The position numbers and the translations under genes are program-made. Shown here in pieces: positions 29,594 to 42,253 of a stretch of DNA of 64,000 nt (positions are counted from its first letter, which is position 1; each line of letters opens with the position of its first letter). The notes under the pieces were generated by a model. It did not search any database. It had not been told where the DNA came from and saw only the letters and a program-made list of their open reading frames with translations. Source of the DNA: the human T2T-CHM13v2.0 reference genome, Homo sapiens; the NCBI RefSeq assembly GCF_009914755.1, contig NC_060934.1; one strand, 5' to 3'.

Positions 29594-31916
29594 TGATATG
29601 GTTTGGCTGTGTCCCCACCAAAATCTCATCTTGATTGTAGTTCCCATAATCCTTACATGTCATGGGAGGGACCTGGTTGGAGGTAATTGAATCATGGGAG
29701 CAGTTACTTCTATACTGTTCTCGTGATAGTAATTGAGTTCTCAAAAGATCTGATGTTTTACAAGCATTTTTTCTCTCCCTTCACTCTGCATTTCTCTGCT
29801 CCTGCTATCATGTGAAGAAGGATGTGTGTGCTTCCCCTTCCACCATGATCGTAAGTTTCCTGAGGCTTCCCCAGACATGCTGAACTGTGAGTCAATTAAA
29901 CCTCTTTCCTTTGTAAGTATCCCCGTCTCGAGTATGTCTTTATTAGCAATGTGAGAACAGACTAGTACAGTACATTGGTACCACAGAAAGTAGGGTTGCT
30001 GTAAAGATGCCTGAAAATGTGGAGGCAAATTTGGAAGTGGGTAACAGGCAGAGGCTGGAACATTTTGGGGGGCTCAGAAGAAGATCTAAAAATGTGAGAA
30101 AGTTTGGAACTTCCTAAACACTTGGAAGGCTAGGAAGACAGAAAGAAGTGGGAAACTTTGGAACTCTCTGGAGACTTGTTGAACGGCTTTGACCAAAATG
30201 CTGGTAGTGATTTGTACAATGAAGTCCAGCTGATGTGGTCTCAGCTGAAGATGGGGAACTCGTTGGGAAATAGAGTAAATGTCGCTCCTGCTATGCAAAG
30301 AGACTAGAAGCATTTTGCCCCTACCCCAGATACCTGTGGAACTTTAAACTTGAGAGAGATTATTTAAGGTATCTTGTGGAAATTTCTAAGTGCCAAAGGG
30401 TTCAAGAGAAAACAGAGCATTAAAGTCTGGAAAATTTGCAGCCTGATGATGTGATAGAAAATAAAAACTCATTTTCTGGGGAGAAATTCAAGCCTGCTGC
30501 AGAAATTTGCATAGATAACAAGGAACCAAATGCTAATCACCAAGACATTGGGGAAAATGTCTCCAGGGCATATCAGAGACCTGCACAGCATCCTTTCCCA
30601 TCATAGGCCCAGAGGACTAGGAGAGAAATGGTTTTATGGGTCAGGTCCAGGGCCCACTATGCAGCCTCAGTACATAGTTCCCCATGTTCTGCCTGCTTCA
30701 GCTCCAGCCGTGGCTAAAAGGGGCCAATGTATAGGTCCAGGTGTTGTTTCAGAGGGCGCAAGCCCTAAGCCTTGGCCGCTTACATGTGGTGTTGGTCCTG
30801 TGGGTGCACAGAAGTCAAGAATTGAGGTTTGGAAACCTCTGCCTAGATTTCAGAGGAAATATGGAAATGCCTGGATGTCCAGGCAGGAGTTTGCTATAGG
30901 AGTGGTGCCCTCATGGAGAACCTCTGCTACGGTAGTGCAGAAAGGAAACATGTGGTCAGAGCCCCCACACAGAGTCCCCACTGGGGCACTGCCTAGTGAA
31001 GCTGTTAGAAGAGGGCCACCATCCTCCAGACTCCAGAATGGTGGATCCACCAACACCTTGTACCATGTGCCTAGAAAAGCCGCAGGCACTCAATGGCAGC
31101 CCATGAAAGCAGTTAGGAGGGGGGCTGTACCCGCCAAAACCAAAGGGTTGAAGCTTCCCACGGCTATGGGAGGGTCACTCTTGCATCAGCATGACTTGTA
31201 TGTGAGACATGGAATCAAAGGAGGTCATTTTGAAACTTTAAGGTTTAATGACTGCCCTCTTGGATTTTGGACTTGCATTGGGCCTTTAGCCCCTTTGTCT
31301 TGGCCAATTTCTCTCATTTAGAATGCGTGTGTTTATCCTACGCCTGTACCCTCATTGTATCTAGGAAGTAGTAACTTTTAATTCTACAGGCTATTAGGTG
31401 GAAGAAACTTGCCTTGTCTCAGATGAGACTTAGGACTTGGACTTTTGGGTTAATGCTGCAATGACTTAAGACTTTGGGGGACTGTTGGAAGGGCATAATT
31501 GTGTTTTGAAATGTGAGGACATGAGGTTTGGGAGGGGTCAGGGGCAGAATGATATGGTTTAGCTGTGTCCCCACCCAAATCTCACCTTGAATTTTAGTTC
31601 CCATAATCCGCATGTGTTGTGGGAGGAACCCAGTGGGAGGTAATTGAATCATGAGGGCAATTACCTCCATACTGTTCTCATGATACTACGTTTTCACAAG
31701 ATTGATGGTTTTCTAAGGAGCTTTTCCCCGCTTCGCTCTGAACCTCTCCTGCCCCCATGTGAAGAAGGACACATTTGCTTCCTCTTCCACCATAATTGCA
31801 AGATTCTTGAGGCCTTCCAAACTATGTGGAACTGTGAGTTAATTAAACCTCTTTCCTTTATAAATTACCCAGTCTAAGGTGTGTCTTTATTAGCAGTGTG
31901 AGAACAGACTAGTACA
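29594..31916 (+). mobile_element. Complete THE1 (THE1C-like) MaLR provirus: LTR 29594-29969, internal region, LTR 31550-31916
   Basis: Two tgatatggttt...actagtaca LTRs, MaLR internal ORF relic 30530-31321, polypurine tract before the 3' LTR, TSD tgtat/tgtaa. Confidence 0.93.
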
Positions 31917-34900
31917 TGTAAGTATACTCTTACACATACTGAAATTCTAAAAGTGGACATATATCCAATATCAAAGCTTTTTATTTATTTGTCAAGAGAA
32001 CTTATTTATGTGTTTGTATGCTTGTGAGGTAAGACAAATATGTATGTTTAGATGCTGACATATACTTTACCAGTTCTCTTTTTACATTTAGGAATCTTCA
32101 TTACAAAACTTTACTTTTAGATAATTTTATGTCATTAAATTTAGTTTCATTTCATGTATGTACATACATTATGCAAGGGCTAAGCCAAGCGTTGGGCTAT
32201 GTAGTGAAATTTCTAACATCAATCTCTACTTTCAAGATGTTTAGATAAATAGACAACATAAATATACTCTAGCAATTACTATCAAAATTTGTACACAGTA
32301 TTACATGAGACCATGAATAGAAAACACCAAGGGTATAGGAAAGTTCACAAAAGATTTTCTGGAAAAGATTATAGTGGCTAAATTTTCAAGTATCTGAGTT
32401 ATCTTTAAAAAATGGAGAAAAAGAAAATCAAGGTGGGGGTATAAACAGATGCAAAGAGACATATATTAGCAATTGTGAGCAAGTGAGTATGGCTAGAGAT
32501 AAAGTTGTCAAAGTAATAGTGTGAGGTGGGTACTGTGTTTTGTTTGTTCTGTGGGTAATAATAACCATATTGTGTACTTAAGTTATTTGTTAGTTAGAGA
32601 CATAATTCCAGAATTTACATCACAGATAATTATAAAGTGTCAAGACCAGTATCAGGATAACTAACTCACAGGCTGTAGCAATAGTTCAAGTGAGAAATAA
32701 TAAGAGCCTGATTATGGTTGTTATGAGAGAGAGAATGTGAGAAAAATTTGTAACATGTAAAATGATCAATATTGGTGATTACTTGGATATGGAGAGTGAG
32801 AGAGAAAGAGGAGACTTAGATGGCTCCTTAGCATTTGGCTTGGGGAATAGTTAATTGAGGTACAGAATTCAGAAGGAGCCCTTTCTGAGGAAGACGAAAA
32901 TAAGACTTCAATCTTAAAAATGTTGAAATTTAGATGCTTTCTGGAAATTCAAGTGGATATTTTACAGATATATGTCTATTTGAGGCTGTAGCTTAAAGGA
33001 GTAGAAGGAAAATAAGCATCTCAATGTAAGTAAAGCTGTCGGCTTTAATGTAATTGCAGTTGATAAAAAAGGAATACATAGAGTCAAAAGGGCAACTTAG
33101 ATGATACTTTCAAAATCCAAAGTTTAAGGAGCAAACAGATAAGGGGAAGACAGAATTAGATGTGCTTAAACATGAAAACTAGCAGCAAGCAGGTAGTAGA
33201 ATCTTAAGAAAAAAGAGAGACAGAGAGAGATCCTATAGCAATAGAGCAGTAAAGTGACTTAGATAAAGATAACATTTAAAAGCACAGTGGTCATTTGTGA
33301 CCATAAAGTGGACACAGATATCATTCATTGTATAGCTGGGATTTCACAACTATAAATATTTACACATACACACACACACAATAATGTGTATTTTTCTAAT
33401 AGCTGATATTAAGCCTAAACATTGCTAAAGGGGTAGGCCCTAAATAAATATTGTAAAAATATATTCTTCAAATTTTCTAATCTATTTATGAGCTGCTAAT
33501 TGAATATCTGAAACATGACCACATTTCAAAAATAGTCACAGACATTAGGTAGATTTCTATTGTAAATATTATTATGTAGCACATTTATATTGACATAACC
33601 AATTTTTCAAATTGTGTGGGCTTTTTTTCTTTATCAGAATGAGTTACAGGGTTTGCATTATATAGTTTGGCTTAAAAAGAGAACTCATAAAATTCCCCAC
33701 TTGCAGCCCACTTAAAAAAGAATTATTACAGTTTTAGGCACTGTTGAGTGTCATACTGAGCTACAAAAAATAAGAAATCACCATAATGCTCTCCACCTTC
33801 ATTTTAGTTTTAGAACCCCACACAGGGAGACAACTATAGTAATCAGAGTTAGGCCACTGAGGTTCAGATTTATTTTGTTTAATATTAAATTGTATAGTTG
33901 AAGGAAACATCATTTTTTTAATGACTGTATCACTACCCTTCCAAACACTGTAGTTTACTAATGATTTTAAAACTTCTTTAAGTGCTTAAGACAGAAACAT
34001 TCCGACAATATCTTAGCGAAGATTTAGCATGCAGGTCTCATACTGGGAATACATTTGTGTTTTAAGTTAAATAAATTCAGCCTCTTGTTTAGAACTGGAA
34101 GAACATGTTGTACACTTATGGTTCTATTTTTGTTACCTAGACCTCAAAGAAGTCAGTTCAGTAGAAAAATTTATACAAGGTATTACATGGAAGTTTACTG
34201 GGAATCAGCTTACTCTATATTATACAATGCTGAGAACATTGTTTAATCTTTGTTTAAACATTGTTTAACAGGCAGTATAGTTTCCAAGTGTGCCTTCTCT
34301 AATGCATTTGTGCAAGCATTTATGCCCAGGGTTGCTATGAAAAACAGAGATAAATAATTTAGTCCTTAAACTTGAGAATTCTGACCTTAGCAGACTCCTC
34401 AATGAGATACTCCTACAAAGGCCAGACACCTCTGATATTAGCTGAAAGCCTTCCTACCTCCACTTCCCTCCCCCCTCAACCTCCATCCACCCATGTCTCA
34501 CATACAGAAATGCACTAAAGCATATAGTGTGATAAGTGTGCTGAAGTAAAAGGCCACCTCTTTTTCTTTTATGCTGAATTATGTTAATAAGTACAAAGAA
34601 GTTTTTCTCATGATCATGTATCTTAGACAGAATTTACTGAAATAGATCTTTATCTTCTCACTTTCTAACCCAGACTGATGATTGAATTCACAGAACATTA
34701 GTTGAGAAAACAAATGAAAATGACAGAAACCATGTTGAACTATGCATCATGTTCTCCTACTTCTGATGACATCAGGTTTATAATGAGACCAGATTCATCT
34801 GTCTGACTGTTACACATTAGCATAAATTATTCCCAGGAAATCCTTCAATTCTCTTTTAGGAATAAATAAGATTCTGAGAGGCACATCCAAGTCTATTGTT

Positions 34901-35106
34901 GGGATTATGCCATTTTTAATTGATATATAATATATGTACATATTTATGGGGTACATGCGATATTTTGCTGGAATGTGTAAAAATCAAATCAGGGAATTTG
35001 GGGTGTCCATCACTTAGAGTATTTACCATTTCTGTGTGTGGACATTCCAAGTTCTCTCTTCAAGCCACTTGAAAATATACAACACATTGCTGCTAACCAC
35101 AGTTGC

Positions 35107-37458
35107 TGTATTAGTCTGTCCTAATGTTGCTAAAAAAGGCATACCTGAGACTGGATAATTTATAAAAGAAAGAGGTTTAATTGACTCACAGTTCCACATG
35201 GCTGGGGAAGCCTCACAATCATGGCAGAAGGTGAATGAGGAGCAAAGTCACACCTTACATGATGGCAGGCAGGAGAGAGCTTGTGCAGGGGAACTCCCAT
35301 TTATAAAACCATCAGATCTTGAGAGACTTATTCACTACCATGAGAACAGTGTGGGGAAAACTGCCCCCATGATTCAATTATCTTCACCTGGCCCCTCCCT
35401 TGACACATGGGGATTATAATTCAAGGTGAGATTTTCGATGAGGACACAGCCAAACCATATCATCCCATCCCCAGCCCCTCCCAAATCCCATGTCCTCACA
35501 CTTCAAAACCAATCATGCCTTCCAAAAGCCACCCAAAATCTTAACTCATTTCAGCATTAACTCAACAGTTGAAGTCCGAAGTCTTATCTCAGACACAGCT
35601 AGTTCCTTCCGCCTATGAGCCTGTAAAATCAAAAGTGAGTTAGTTACTTCCTAGATACACTGGGGATACAGGCATTGGGTAAATATACCCATTCCAAATG
35701 GGAGAAATTGGCCAAAACAAAAGGGCTACAGGCCCCACGAAAGTCCAAAATCCAATGGGGAAGTCAAATCATAAAGCTCCAAAATGATCTCCTTTGACTC
35801 CATGTGTCACATCCAGGTCATGCTGATGCTAGAGATGGGCTTCCACAGCTTTGGGCAGCTCCACCCCTGTGACTTTGAAGGGTAAAGCTCCCACTCCTGG
35901 TTGTTTTCATGGGCTCATGGGCTGGTGTTGAGTGTCTGTGACTTGCCAGGCCCAAAGTGCAAGCTGTCAGTGGATTACTATTCTTGGGGCTGGAGGACAG
36001 TGACCCTCTTCTCACAGCTCCACTAGGCAATGTCCCAGTGGGGACTCTGTGTGGGGGCTCCCACCCACATTTCCCTTCTGCACTACCCTGGCAGAGGTTC
36101 TCCATGAGGGCTCTGCCCCTGCAGCATAACTCTGCCTGGACATCCAGGCATTTCCATACATCCTCTGAAATCTAGGCAGAGGTTCCCAAACCTTAATTAT
36201 TGACTTCTGTGCACCTGCAGGATCAACACCATGTGGAAGCCGCCAAGACTTGGGGCTTGTAACCTCTGAAGCCATGGCCTGAGCTATACCTTGGCCCCTT
36301 TTAGCCATGGCTAGAGTGGCTGGGATACAGGGCACTAAGTCATGAGGATACACACAGCAGAGGGGTCCTGGACCCAGCCCAGGAAACCATTTTTTCCTCC
36401 TAGGCCTCTGGGCCTGTGATTGGAGGGCCTGCCATGAATGTCTCTGAGATACCCTGGAGACATTTCCCCCATTGTCTTGGTGATTAGCATTTGGCTCCTC
36501 CTTACTTATGCAAATTTCCACTGCTAGTTTGAATTTCTCCTCAGAAAATGAGGTTTTCTTTACTACTGCCTCATCAGGCTGCAAATTTCTCCAACTTTTA
36601 TGCTCTGTTTCCTCTTGAGCACTTTGCCACTTAGAAGTTTCTTCTGCTAGATATCCTGAATCATCTCTTTCAAGTTCAAAGTTACACAGATTCCTAGGGC
36701 AGGGGCAAAATGCCACCAGTCTCTTGCATAGCAAGAGTGACCTTAACTCCAGTTCCCAACAAGTTTCTCATCTCCATCTAAGATCACCTCAGCCTAGACT
36801 TTATTGTCCATATCACTATCAGCATTTTGGTCAAAGTCATTTAATAATTCTCTATGAAGTTCCAAACATTCCCTCATCTTCCTGCCTTTTGAGCCCTCCA
36901 AGTCTCTAGGAAGTACCAAACTTTCCCACATTTTCCTATTTTCTTCTGAGCCCTCCAAACTGTTCCAACCCAGGCCTGTTACCCAGTTCCAAAGTTGCTT
37001 CCATATTTTTGGGTCTCTTTCCAGCAGCACCACACTCTACTGGTACCCATTCACTGTATTAGACTGTTTTCATGCTGCTAATAAACACATACCTGAGACT
37101 GGGTAATTTATCAAGGAAATAAGTCTAATTGACTCACAGTTTCACATGGCTCAGGAGGCCTGCTTTCATGGCAGAAGGCAAATGAGGAGCAAAGTCCTGG
37201 CTTACATGGTGGTAGGAAAGACAGCGTATGCAGGGGAACTCCCATTTATAAAACCATCACATCTTGTGAGACTTACTCACTATCCCAAGAACAGCATGAG
37301 AAAGACCTGCCCTGATGATTCAGTCACCTCCCACCTGGTCCTTTCCACGACGTGTGGGAATTATGGGAGCTACAGTTCGAGATTTGGGTGGGGATACAAC
37401 CAAACCATATCGGTCATATCCCCAAACCATATGGTTGGGGATACAACCAAACCATATC
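35107..37458 (-). mobile_element. Complete THE1 MaLR provirus: 3' LTR 35107-35462, internal region, 5' LTR 37055-37411 with rearranged outer end
   Basis: Two tgtattag...aaccatatc LTRs. Internal ORF relic 36012-36734 is homologous to 30530-31321 (PLPRFQR.YGNAWMSRQ). Confidence 0.92.
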
Positions 37459-37486
37459 TGCTATCTAACATTAGAACATATTTCTT

Positions 37487-37793
37487 TCTTTCTTTCTTTT
37501 TTTTTTTTTTTAGACCAAGTTTTGCTCTTGTTGCCCAGGCTGGAGTGCAGTGGTGCAATCTCAACTCACTGCAACCTCTGCCTCCTGGGTTCAAGCTATT
37601 CTCCTGCCTCAGCCTTCCTGGGTAGCTGGGATTACAGAGATGTGCCACCATGCCCAGCTAATTTTATATTTTCAGTAGAGACAGGATTTCTCCATGTTGG
37701 TCAGGCTAGTCTCAAACTCCCGACCTCAGATGATCCACCCGCCTCGGCCTCCCAAAATGCTGGGATTACAGGCATGAGCCACCACACCTGGCC
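37487..37793 (-). mobile_element. AluSp-like
   Basis: 'ttgctcttgttgcccagg' and 'ttctccatgttggtcagg' diagnostics, TSD agaac(a/t)tatttctt. Confidence 0.9.
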
Positions 37794-38079
37794 AGAACTT
37801 ATTTCTTCTAACAGTATGTTTGTAACAACTTTCTTCATCAGCCCCATCCTCCACCACCACCACTCTTCTCAGCCTCTGGTATCTATCAGTCTACTCTCTA
37901 TTTCCATGAGAACAACTTTTTCAGCTCCAGCCTATGAGTGAGGACATGTGATATTTGTCTTTCTATTCTTGATTTATTTTACTTAACATAATAACCTCCA
38001 TTTCCATTCATATTGCTACAAATGAAAATGATTTTCATTATGCCACTTTTAAACATGAACATTTGACAAGAAATTGACT

Positions 38080-38232
38080 TATTTATTATTGTTATGTAAA
38101 GTAACTAGTTTAGGCTAAATTGGGTCTACTGTTGGGAGTATGCACAATAACAGTAATACAATAATAATTATGCATAACCCCAACAACAGACCCAGCTTTA
38201 CCCTATTTATCTTATATAACAATAAGTAAATA
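38080..38232. repeat. Imperfect inverted repeat (foldback), ~66-69-bp arms, ~18-nt loop
   Basis: The left arm 38080-38148 aligns with the reverse complement of 38167-38232. Confidence 0.8.
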
Positions 38233-38354
38233 CATAATACATAAAAGAATTTTATATTTTTCCTCTAACACATAATATTTCTTTATCTCCCTTTTCCTTT
38301 TTCTCTCTTTCTTACATATACACATGCGCTTGTGCATGGCACAGGTTAGTATAA

Positions 38355-38527
38355 ACCAGAATCAATGGCAGAGCTCACTAAAACACAGATTTCTGGCCCC
38401 AACACTAGGGTTTCTGATTCAATCTCTGTGGTATAGAGTATAGCAGTCTGCATTTCTAAGGTGTTTCTATTGGTGCTGATGCTGATGCTGATGCTGCTTT
38501 TCCAGGAACAACACTTTGATAGCCACC
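38355..38527. mobile_element. MER5A-like hAT-Charlie fragment
   Basis: 'agaatca...taaaacacagatttctggcccc...gtttctgattca...tgcatttctaa...gatgctgatgctgct...acacttt'. Confidence 0.7.
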
Positions 38528-40742
38528 TAACGCATGTTTGTATTTTTTCAGTTCAGATACGCATGAGCAAGTCACAGGAAGCATGGTCATTGGAGAATCC
38601 TGTATAGTAGAGTGGTTAAGACCAAACATTTGAAAGTAATTCAAATATGTACAATGGAAAGCATTTAGAATAGTTCGTGGCACATTGTAAGAATTCAAAA
38701 ATTGATAGTCATTATTACTGATTTTTTACTAGAGCTGTCAGTCTATCCAATATGCTTCTTTCAATGCAAGCTCCACATATCCCACTAGCTGGACTTATTT
38801 TAAGATGAATAAACAAAAATACAAAAATCAGGATCGCAACCATGAGCTCTATTTTGATAATAACAAATATCTTTCATTTCCTTTAAATTTCTAAAATATC
38901 CTACAAATGTGACTATATGCATATATATGTTCATGTACTAAATGTTGATTTGTACATTTGTTATTATCAAAGACCAAGCTTTGGCTAACACACTTAAAAA
39001 GGATAAACGCTGTTTATAATCTGACTGACTATGATTGTTTGTAGTGATGCAGTAGAAGAAAATCATTTATCAACTTAAGATTTTATAGTTTCTTAAGAAC
39101 AGTACTTCCATTAAAATGTTCTCTAAATATGGTAATATTAGGCAAATGCAAGAGTGCAACTACCGTATTTCGAAAAATCATAAACAATTGTTTGCATTTA
39201 GTTCATAGTGTTGTAAAAAATATTACTTTCTATAATATATGTAGCCATACTTTATAAATTATTTAGTATTTAACATAATTATAATAAAAATTAAGTGCAT
39301 ATTAGCTTCATTCCTTATTTTAAACCTGTACATATATTATGTGTATGTATTAATCCTTCAAATCACTACTTGAGATGAATTCTATTATTATCTCCATTTT
39401 GCGATAGCGAAATCCAGTCCCAGAGAAGCTAAATTAGTTATCCAAGATTGCATTAGTTATTTTGGCAAGTCAAATTTGAACTCAGGTAGTTTTATCCCAT
39501 GGCCCATATTTTAAGCTGTTCATTAAGTTCTCCATCTTGTTGGGATGCTGGGTCTGGATTCATGGAGTCACGTGATCTAGTGACAGGATGAACCAAGTGA
39601 CCAGGGAGTGGTCGTCTCATTAAAGTATGTAAGGAGCATAAGAGGTGAGGGTTGTTAGGTAAGATGAGAAGTCCGGGATCCCTGTGTGGTGAGTCTAGAA
39701 GTCACAGTCCAGTATAAAACAGGCTTTTAAAGGTAAGTGGCTGGAAAGCTGGACACTGATTTAGTAGACTGGCTTAGAGTCAGTCTATCTAAAGGCTGAA
39801 TGGACCTTCACAGAAGTTATATCATGCTCTGCTGTTGTATATTCCCAAATGCCTATTCCTTTGAGACTTGAGGGGTCCAGGACCAGGCCTGCAGATTTGA
39901 TCAGAATATGACTGCATTTGGGGGCTTCTACTGGCATCTGCTCCCCCAAAGACTTGGGATCATCTGAGAGTTCTGCAGTTGAGTATGAGGCCTCTAGTAA
40001 GAGGCCTCTCATATCTGAGACCCATTCTAAAGATCAATTATTTGCATGCTTGTGGTCCACAGTCAAGATATGCATACAAATCCTCTAGATTCTATCTCCT
40101 GTGAAATACTCTCAAGGATACTAGGCAAAATATTACACTAAGTCTTCATATCATTCACTATTTCATTAGGCCCCATCTGAACTCAATGTATTTTTAATCA
40201 TTTTTCCAGAACTCCTTTAAACAGCTCTTCCATTATTGTCAGAATACTGACTTAGAGTCCTCAAATTGCTTCTTCAGCTGGATTATATTTCATATTACAT
40301 TTTTTTGGCTGGTATTTTTATTTCCTTTTTTTTTTAAATTTCCAACAAAGATTTCACTAATACATTGAAAAGAACCAAGAATAATCTGCTTTTCTCATGA
40401 ACCCTAACCTGGCCACCTCAGTCTATTATAATGTCTCTTTTTCCTTGCAGTAAAGAATTTATAGCACCCATTTGACACTTGACACAGAGTATATACTTAC
40501 TGTATTTACTAGGTTTTGAGTATATCTTTTCATACATATTGTTACAGTTTTCAATTCTAAATGCACAAGGTATAATATGATACCTTGTGAATAAAAAGAT
40601 AAACATTAAAAATTGTTGATTGGTAGGTTATTTTTTAATATGCTGGATAAAAGTTTTTGCTATGTATAATCCATAAATTTGCTTCAAAAGTATTCCTTAG
40701 TTATTATTTGTTACTACAACACTACCTTTAAAAACTAAATGA

Positions 40743-41049
40743 GGCCGGGTGTGGTGGCTCAGGCCTGTAATCCCAGCACTTTGGGAGGCCAAGGCGGGCA
40801 GATCACCTGAGGTCAGAAGTTCAAGATCAGCCTGGCCAACATGGCACAAACCTGTCTCTACTAAAAGTACAAAAATTTGCTGGGCATGGTGGAGGTTGCC
40901 TGTAATCCCAGCGACTCAGGAGGCTGAAGCAGGTGAAGTTTGAACCTGGGCGGCAGAGGTTGCAGTGAGCCGAGGTCACTCCATTGCACTCCATCCAGCC
41001 TGGGTGACAAGAGTGAGATTCTGTCTCAAAAAAAAACAAAACAAAAAAC
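40743..41049 (+). mobile_element. AluS (Sq/Sx-like)
   Basis: ggccgggtgtgg start, A tail, TSD aactaaatga. Confidence 0.92.
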
Positions 41050-42253
41050 AACTAAATGAAAACTCCCTTCAGCATTTTAATTCAAATATTGGATTATTCA
41101 TATTAAAATATCAATAGAATATAAACACAAAGTTGATAACTCAAATTCAGTATAGTAATTAACAATATGTATCTTGGTTTTAAGTCTTAATAGTTTTTGA
41201 TGACAATTAAAATTAAATTTTACAAGCAGAGCATGAGTAATTTAGTGAAATTAATATATGATATAATTATCATTAGGTAGCAACCATTATGAGCATCAAA
41301 ATTCCATCCTATAAACATTACACTGTGCAGAATCAGTTAGATGCAGCCTGCCTTGGATGTCTTCCTCTTCCTTTTTGCTTTCAACATCGTTTTAGTTTTT
41401 ATGAAAACAAGTTATTGCCTAAAGACCAGGCTAAGGTCCATATTTCAATTTTAAAAACTGAAATAAATTATAGAGGCCATTTCTTATCAAATTTAAGAAC
41501 CAGGAGACAACAACAAGGTTAACACAATAATTCAAGAACAAAGAATCACTAGGAAAAGCGGGAAAAAAAAATAAGAAAAAAAGGAAAAGAAATTTAACTA
41601 AAAACTAATCATCTTGTTGATGTCTACTTGTGTGTTTTTAGTTATATATTCCATCTGGGCTTTATCTCTCCAAGCTAAATAAATTAAGAAAATGGGAAAG
41701 ATCATTTTTGTAAATAATTTCAATGCTTGTTTGTTTTTAACTGAATAGTTAATATATATATGGCTAAGTGAAGTTTTTCAGTTTTCAGCCATGTGGCATT
41801 TTAAACTGACAACTGTAATATAACTTAATTATCATTAATAAAGACGATTACATTAGTTCAAGCCTCATATGCCTGGTTTATTACAATTGCCTCCTACTTC
41901 TGCCTTCTGGATTTAGAATCTCCCATTTCAATATATCAGGAGTAATTTTTATAAAATACAAATCAGATGTTGCCATACCTCAGACCCTTTAGTGGCTCCC
42001 CCGTCACCTTCTACAACATGGTATAGAAAAGTGTTTATGACATGGTACGTCTTATTCATTGTAACTATGCTATGTCACACTCTGATTTCTCTGTGCCTTT
42101 ACTTATACAACTAACTTTCCCTAACAGATTCCAACTTCTCTCAACTTCTCTCTTACCTGTGTTCTTCCTTCTTGAGTCAACTTCAGCATTTCTCCTTTGA
42201 TGATAATTTTTGCACATGCCCCTGTTATAGACTTTATTACCTTGTTTTCTTGG

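Larger units (their letters stand above)
34912..38030 (-). mobile_element. L1MA-like 3' end split by a THE1 provirus and an Alu (pieces 34912-35106, 37459-37486, 37794-38030)
   Basis: 'catatttatggggtacatgcgatattttg...' continues after the insertions as 'ctatctaacattagaac...ctactctcta...gtgaggacatgtgatatttgtctttct'. Confidence 0.75.

Noticed and set aside
30530-36734. 263-aa and 240-aa homologous ORFs as a gene pair
   Set aside because: Both are the standard THE1/MaLR internal ORF relic with different frameshifts. There is no sign of selection.
37146-37941. 159-aa and 208-aa ORFs
   Set aside because: They are read-throughs of THE1 LTR plus antisense Alu with typical Alu-derived peptides. The same applies to ORFs at 4281, 28315 and 62868.
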